From contig CANMWZ010000029.1 of assembly GCA_947501605.1 (NCBI GenBank), positions 1 to 52,007 on the forward strand: 52,007 bases of DNA, given 5' to 3'. Every line of letters starts with the position of its first letter. Position 1 is the stretch's first letter. Below are positions 46,795 through 52,007 of this stretch, piece by piece. The translations under genes and the position numbers were made by a program. The notes beneath the pieces were generated by a model. That model did no database searches, was not told where the DNA came from, and saw only the letters and a list, made by a program, of their open reading frames with translations. Source of the stretch: Planctomycetota bacterium. GTDB lineage: Bacteria; Planctomycetota; UBA1135; UBA2386.

Positions 46795-48048
46795 TCAGCT
46801 TGCTCCGGCGCTGACGGTGATCATGCGCTCGGGATGGAGGTGCGCGATAGCCGCCGCGAGCACTTGCTCGCGCGTGATGCCGCGGATGATCTCGGGATAG
46901 TTGTGCAAGAAGTCGAAGCCGAGCCCATAGCGCTTGGCGCGAATCGCGTAGGCAGCGAGATTGCTGTTGCGCTCGAGGCCAAACACGAACGAACCGGTCA
47001 GGTAGTCCTGCACGTCCTCGAGTTCTTCCGCAGTTGGCGGCTCGCGCCGAATGCGTTCAATCTCAGCGAGGAAGCCGTCGATCGCCTTCTGCCGGTGCTC
47101 AGGTGACGTGCCGATGTACGCCGTGAACATGCCCGTCTCCTCGGCGGCACTCGGCGTGATGCCAGCACTGACGCTGTAGCACAGGCCCTGTTCATCGCGC
47201 AGCTTCTTCGAGCATCGCGATGTGAAGCCCGGACCCGTGCCGAGCACATGGTCCATGACTGACAACGCGTAGTAGTCGGGATCGGTGCGGCGCACGCCGG
47301 CGTGACCCAGGTAGACGTGAACCTGCTCACGCGCCATCGGCACGTGCATGTCGCGCGAACGCAGCGGCAACGCGACTTCGGGCAGCGCCGCCTGCTTTGG
47401 TGTCTTGCCACGGAAGCTGGCAAAGGTCTTCTTCAGCATCGCCAACATGCGCTCGGGCGTGTCCGGACCGGAGGCTGCCACATACCCATTGGCTGGCTTC
47501 CAGAACTCGTCGTGAAACGCGCGCAAGTGCTTGGGCTTCATCGCCGCGATCGATTCGCGCGTTCCCTGCGCCGGGCGTCCGAGTGGGTGCTCGCCGTAGA
47601 CCTCGGCTCGAAAGCGCCGGCCGGCGACAGCGCGCGGATCGTCTTCGTCGGACAGGATCTCTGTCAGCACCTCGCCCTGAACGCGACGCACCTCTTGGCC
47701 AGGGAACGTCGGCTTGAACAGGACTTCACGCAGCAACTCGACGCCTTCTCGCTGTGACTCCGCAGGGCACTGCACCATGCCGCCGCGGGAACTGCCTTCG
47801 ATACCGCCGCCGATCGACTCGACCGCGGTTGCGAGTTCGAGAGCGTCGAAGCGCTCCGTGCCCTCATCGAGGCAATCACCGACCAGGTTGGCAAGACCGC
47901 AACGATCCGCGGACTCGGCACCGGGCCGGATATCGAGAGAGACCGCGCACGCGAAGGTCGCGACCAGCGGATTTTGAACCGCCAACAACGTCAGCCCACT
48001 CTCGAGCTGCAGTTCGGCGATGTTGAGCCGGATCGTGCTAGTGGTCAC
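46795..48048 (-). CDS. M16 (pitrilysin) family peptidase, non-catalytic subunit
   Basis: GLANL..DCLDEGT (no HXXEH), YGEHPLG, FTSR...LRDEQGLCY; GTGA-coupled to the upstream gene. Confidence 0.88.
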   Translation of the reverse strand: MTTSTIRLNIAELQLESGLTLLAVQNPLVATFACAVSLDIRPGAESADRCGLANLVGDCLDEGTERFDALELATAVESIGGGIEGSSRGGMVQCPAESQREGVELLREVLFKPTFPGQEVRRVQGEVLTEILSDEDDPRAVAGRRFRAEVYGEHPLGRPAQGTRESIAAMKPKHLRAFHDEFWKPANGYVAASGPDTPERMLAMLKKTFASFRGKTPKQAALPEVALPLRSRDMHVPMAREQVHVYLGHAGVRRTDPDYYALSVMDHVLGTGPGFTSRCSKKLRDEQGLCYSVSAGITPSAAEETGMFTAYIGTSPEHRQKAIDGFLAEIERIRREPPTAEELEDVQDYLTGSFVFGLERNSNLAAYAIRAKRYGLGFDFLHNYPEIIRGITREQVLAAAIAHLHPERMITVSAGAS

Positions 48049-49526
48049 TTCGCGGTCCTCCGCTTCGCCTTGCCCGCTGGCTTGGGCTTGGACTTTGGCT
48101 TCGATTTCATCGCCGCGAGAGTAGCTCTAGCCATCGCTCTTGGTTTCGAGGGAGAGACGGACTTCGTCGCTTTGGCAGTCTGCGCCGCCTTCGCGAATCG
48201 GGGCTTCCTTGGTTTCGCCTTGGCCTTCACGTTCGCTCTCGCCTTCTTCGCCGGCTTCGCCTTTGCCTGAGCCTCGGTGCGGCCAGGCACCGCATGCACG
48301 CACACGCTTCGTTGCAGCACGAGGTAACGCGCGGCCACCTGCCGCAACTCCTCGGGCTTGAGCGAGTCGTAAGTCGGCAGCACGGTCTCCAGCGTGCGGT
48401 AGCCGCCTGGCGTCAGCGCCTCGAAGCGCGCGAGCTTGAGCGCATGGTCGAGCACCGACTCGTCCTGAAACAGGAAGCCAGCTCGAATCTGAGCCCGGAT
48501 GCGCGTCAAGTCGCTCTTGGCGACCCCGGTGCGCGCGAGCGCAGAGATCTCCTCGCGGATCGCCGTCTCCACCTGTTGCAGCGACGCGCCCTCACGCAAC
48601 TCGGCGAGCACGAACAAGGCGCCCGGATCGAGCCGCGTCTCGTTGATCACGCTGACGTCGGTAACCGACTCGTCCTCGAGCACAAGGCGCTTGTAGAGCC
48701 GGCTGTTCTTGCCGATGCCGAGGTCGTGCGCGAGCACGTCGAGCGCGTAGTCGTCGCGTTCGCCGGTGCGCGTGGTCGGAAAGGCGAGGCACAACCGCGC
48801 GACTGCGTGCGGCGTGTTCAGCGTCGCTCGCCGTTCGCCCTGCTGCACCGGCTCGGCCAGCACTTCACGGCGCGCAACTGCGTTCTGCGGCAGCGTGCCG
48901 AACAACTCGCGGATGCGGGCAGCGGTGCGCTCGACGTCGATGTCGCCAGCGACGACGAGGAAAGCGCGATTGGGGCCATAGTGGCGGTCGTAGTAGGCGC
49001 GCATGCCATCGACGCCGAGTTGCTCGAGGTCCTGGCGATAACCGATCACCGGATGATGGTACGGGTGCACCTGGTACAGCAGCGTCTCCGCAGCCTGGTA
49101 GAGCGGGCGCCATGGGTCGTCTTCGCCCATCGCCAGCTCTTCGAGCACCACGTTCTTCTCGCTGGCGAACTCTTGGCTGTCGAGCAGGCAGTCGCGCATG
49201 CGACTCGCTTCGATCTCGAGCGCCGTCTCCCAACGGTCCGACGCCAGAGCGAAGTAGTACGCAGTCCCGTCGTTGTCGGTGAATGCGTTGTTGTTGCCTC
49301 CCATCTTCGCGGTCAGCATGTCGATGCTGCCCTTGGCGTAACGGTCGGTGCCCTTGAACATCATGTGTTCGAGGAAGTGCGACAGGCCGGTCTCGCCGGT
49401 GCGCTCGTCGCGCGAACCGACGCGGTACCAGAGCACGGACGCGACTACCGGCAAGGAACGGCGGGGCGCCAGCAGCGCGCGGAAGCCATTCTCCAACTGC
49501 ACGACTTCGATACGGGCAGCGGTCAC
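48045..49526 (-). CDS. M16 (pitrilysin) family peptidase, catalytic subunit, with Lys/Ala/Pro-rich C-terminal tail
   Basis: WYRVGSRDE, GLSHFLEHMMFKGT (HXXEH), NAFT, HPYHHPVIG, SRLY. Confidence 0.92.
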   Translation of the reverse strand: MTAARIEVVQLENGFRALLAPRRSLPVVASVLWYRVGSRDERTGETGLSHFLEHMMFKGTDRYAKGSIDMLTAKMGGNNNAFTDNDGTAYYFALASDRWETALEIEASRMRDCLLDSQEFASEKNVVLEELAMGEDDPWRPLYQAAETLLYQVHPYHHPVIGYRQDLEQLGVDGMRAYYDRHYGPNRAFLVVAGDIDVERTAARIRELFGTLPQNAVARREVLAEPVQQGERRATLNTPHAVARLCLAFPTTRTGERDDYALDVLAHDLGIGKNSRLYKRLVLEDESVTDVSVINETRLDPGALFVLAELREGASLQQVETAIREEISALARTGVAKSDLTRIRAQIRAGFLFQDESVLDHALKLARFEALTPGGYRTLETVLPTYDSLKPEELRQVAARYLVLQRSVCVHAVPGRTEAQAKAKPAKKARANVKAKAKPRKPRFAKAAQTAKATKSVSPSKPRAMARATLAAMKSKPKSKPKPAGKAKRRTAK

Positions 49527-50731
49527 TGCTCACCTCCGTCGTCGTCGCGATCCACGATCGGTGGTCGCACTCGACTACCGGTTCGAGCCAACCCCTTGGT
49601 GGCCGACCTGGCGGCAACGCGCGTCGACGTAACGGGCCGCGATGCTGGTCGCGGAGCAGTGCCCCACGCGTTGCTCTCTTTGTTCTCTTCCATTTTTGGC
49701 AGCTCCTGGCGCGATGTCGACAACAGGGCCTTCACTTCGTCGAGTTGCAGGAAGCGCCATTCGCCGGTCTTCAGCCCGTAGAGCGACAGGTCCCCGATGC
49801 GAACACGCTTCAGTTCCAAGACCGGCAGTTCGAGCCGCGCGAACACGCGGCGGATCTCGCGATTCTTGCCTTCGCGCAGCACGACCTTGATCGTCGAGCG
49901 GTCGTTGCTGGCGCGCTCCACCTTGATCTGCATGCCTTGCGTTGGACCTTCGGCCAACCAGATACCGCCGCGCGCCTTCTCGATCTCCTTGTCACCGATG
50001 CGCCCGCGGACCACGACCTGGTAGGTCTTGGGCACACCGTAGCGCGGATGCGTGAGTCGCTGGGCGAAGTCGCCGTCGTTGGTCAGCAGGATCAGCCCCT
50101 CGCTATCGAGGTCGAGGCGGCCCACCGTGAACAGACGGCCCTTCACTTCGGGCAAGAAGTCGATCACGCGCTTCTTCTGCTCGTGGCGCGCGCTGGTGCA
50201 GACTACGTTGGTCGGCTTGTTGAACAGGACGTAGACCTTCTTCTCCTGGCGCACGCCTTCGCCGTCGACGGCGACCTTGTCGGTCGTGGGGTCAACGCGA
50301 AAGCCGAGCTCTTTGACCACCTTGCCGTTGACCTCGACGCTGCCGCTCTCGATCAACTCGTCTGCCGCGCGACGACTGCACACACCGGCCATCGCCAAGA
50401 AACGGTTGAGCCGCACCTTGCCGTCATCGACTTCGCGCGACGGTTTGGCGGTGACGCGAATGCCGCTCTTGCGCGTCGGCGCTTTGCCGAACGGTCGCTT
50501 GCCGCCAGCAGGCCGACCGGCTGCACCGCGATACGCCGCGGGCCTGCCCGGTGCGACCCGACCTGAACCAGTCGGCCGACTGGGCCCGCCCTCCTGCTCG
50601 GCACCTTGGGAGCGGTCGGATCGGTCCGATCGAGTCGGTCGACCACTGCGCGTCGGTCGTTCGGGACGCGCGGGGCGTGCGCTGCGCGAGAGACGCTGCC
50701 CCGGCTTACGGTCTTCGTGTCGCTTCGCCAT
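49523..50731 (-). CDS. rRNA pseudouridine synthase, RsuA/RluB family
   Basis: S4 domain RLNRFLAMAGVCSRRAAD; VGRLDLDSEGL; LTHPRYGVPKTY; EGKNREIRR. Confidence 0.92.
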   Translation of the reverse strand: MAKRHEDRKPGQRLSRSARPARPERPTRSGRPTRSDRSDRSQGAEQEGGPSRPTGSGRVAPGRPAAYRGAAGRPAGGKRPFGKAPTRKSGIRVTAKPSREVDDGKVRLNRFLAMAGVCSRRAADELIESGSVEVNGKVVKELGFRVDPTTDKVAVDGEGVRQEKKVYVLFNKPTNVVCTSARHEQKKRVIDFLPEVKGRLFTVGRLDLDSEGLILLTNDGDFAQRLTHPRYGVPKTYQVVVRGRIGDKEIEKARGGIWLAEGPTQGMQIKVERASNDRSTIKVVLREGKNREIRRVFARLELPVLELKRVRIGDLSLYGLKTGEWRFLQLDEVKALLSTSRQELPKMEENKESNAWGTAPRPASRPVTSTRVAARSATKGLARTGSRVRPPIVDRDDDGGEQ

Positions 50732-50843
50732 CGGTTGAGGCGCAGAGCATCCAGCGAAGCCCGGCGCCGGGCGACAACAAAACTCGACGGCGACGGCCAC
50801 CGCGCATGGCCTTGCCGCCAATGCCAGCCGCGAAACGACTCCC

Positions 50844-51812
50844 TCAGCTTCGCGCGGGATCGGTCAGTACGACGTCGAGCTTGCCCATCGGCGACAAGAA
50901 GATGCTGCCCACTGCCGCCGGCACCAGGACGCAGTCGCCTTTCTGCAACCGCAGCGGCAGATCCTCGCCGCCCGAGTGCCATCCGAGCGTGCCTTGGCCA
51001 CCGAGCACCGTGACCACGACGAAGGCGTCGTTGGTTGGAATCTCGAGTTTGGCGCTCACGTCGTAGCGCCGCATCCGGAAGAACGGCGTCGCCAGCAGCA
51101 GCTTGCCACCGTCCGGCAGCGGCTTCGGCAGAACCGTGGGATCGAGACTGCCGTTGGTGACCTTGGTCCCGCGAATCGCGTGGTCGACGTGCAGCGTGCG
51201 CTGCCGGCCCCAGTCATAGAGCCGCCAGGTGATATCGCTGTTTTGCTGGACCTCGAAGATCACCGCGCCCGGGCCGATCGCGTGCAGCGTTCCGGCCGGG
51301 GTGTAGATGCAGTCGCCAACCGTGGGTTTGAAGCTGTAGAGCAGGTCCTCGATCTCGGGCCCGTGCGCCGCCAGCTCGAAGTTGGCGCGAGTGACGCCGG
51401 GCTTGAAGCCGCGCACGATCCGCGCGTTCTCGAGCGTTTGCAGCACGAGCCAAGCCTCGGACTTGCCGCCGTCCCCGTGCAACTGCGCTGCTTGGTCGTC
51501 AGGATGCACCTGCACCGACAACTCCGTCTGCGCATCGAGGAACTTGAACAGCAGCGGGAAGCGGTCGCCAAAGCCTGGGCGCACGTCGCGCCCGAGCAGC
51601 CCGCGGCGGTCCATCTGCATGAGTTCGCGCAGACTGCCGCCCGCGCGCAGCCGGCTGCAGGCCTCGGGGCGATCGACCAGCTCCCAGGTCTCGCCGATCG
51701 GTTGGCCGTCCGGTGAGCGGATGCCAAACAACGCCTCCAGGTGGTGCCCGCCCCAAACCCGACTCTGGATGAGCCGATTGAGGAGTACGGGCTTGAGCGC
51801 TGTCGTTGGCAT
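50844..51812 (-). CDS. manA: Mannose-6-phosphate isomerase, class I
   Basis: VWGG, IGETWE, FPLLFKFLDA, LSVQVHPDD, GKSEAW, PAGTLHAIG, EVQQNSDITWRLYDW. Confidence 0.92.
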   Translation of the reverse strand: MPTTALKPVLLNRLIQSRVWGGHHLEALFGIRSPDGQPIGETWELVDRPEACSRLRAGGSLRELMQMDRRGLLGRDVRPGFGDRFPLLFKFLDAQTELSVQVHPDDQAAQLHGDGGKSEAWLVLQTLENARIVRGFKPGVTRANFELAAHGPEIEDLLYSFKPTVGDCIYTPAGTLHAIGPGAVIFEVQQNSDITWRLYDWGRQRTLHVDHAIRGTKVTNGSLDPTVLPKPLPDGGKLLLATPFFRMRRYDVSAKLEIPTNDAFVVVTVLGGQGTLGWHSGGEDLPLRLQKGDCVLVPAAVGSIFLSPMGKLDVVLTDPARS

Positions 51813-51887
51813 CGTGGGCATGGGCGGTGCTGGCTCGTTGGCTTCTACCCTATCGGCAGCACCTGATCCCACTGTGCAGTCGAGGTC

Positions 51888-52007
51888 TCAGTCTGTCGCG
51901 GCCGAACGACCTGGGCCAACCTCGCCGCCAAGACCTTTCTCAGCGCTCTTCTGCCGTTGCGTCCGCACCTTCCGCACCAACGACCGCGCTTGCTCCAACG
52001 TCGCCGC
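51888..52007 (-). CDS. Possible 3' end of a gene entering from the right edge
   Basis: Open frame AATLEQARSLVRKVRTQRQKSAEKGLGGEVGPGRSAATD* ending just upstream of manA. Confidence 0.4.
   Translation of the reverse strand, partial: AATLEQARSLVRKVRTQRQKSAEKGLGGEVGPGRSAATD

Noticed and set aside
50440..50731. Repetitive R/S/D/P N-terminus of the pseudouridine synthase
   Set aside because: Low-complexity basic extensions are common in RluB-family proteins.

Overview
High-GC bacterial chromosomal window. The protein style suggests an uncultured Planctomycetota-like lineage, which is inference only. About 45 genes are present, most on the minus strand. The left end is a small defence neighbourhood around tRNA-Val(TAC). 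It holds a truncated HIT-PLD-SF2 helicase fusion that is missing from the ORF track because it runs off the window edge, and an AbiEi/AbiEii type IV toxin-antitoxin pair with a visible inverted-repeat operator. The rest is housekeeping and metabolic (ugd, plsC-like, xdhC, kynU-kynB-Rid, xth, groES-groEL, Nif3, an M16 peptidase pair, an RluB-like synthase, manA) with many secreted proteins. Most notable observations: (1) five unrelated secreted proteins between 33 and 45.6 kb share a ~110-aa C-terminal domain ending Q-x4-D/E...SNA/G-x5-6-P, a candidate undescribed sorting or anchoring signal; (2) the HIT-nuclease-helicase fusion; (3) a 425-bp non-coding element with 24-bp terminal inverted repeats bounded by TA (MITE-like); (4) two distant intergenic regions that share a hairpin and a 34-nt motif; (5) a Zn-ribbon protein with an extreme acidic tail. 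No CRISPR array, integrase or transposase was seen. Many start codons were re-assigned by eye because the ORF track over-extends them. Family calls come from motif recognition; no database search was run.
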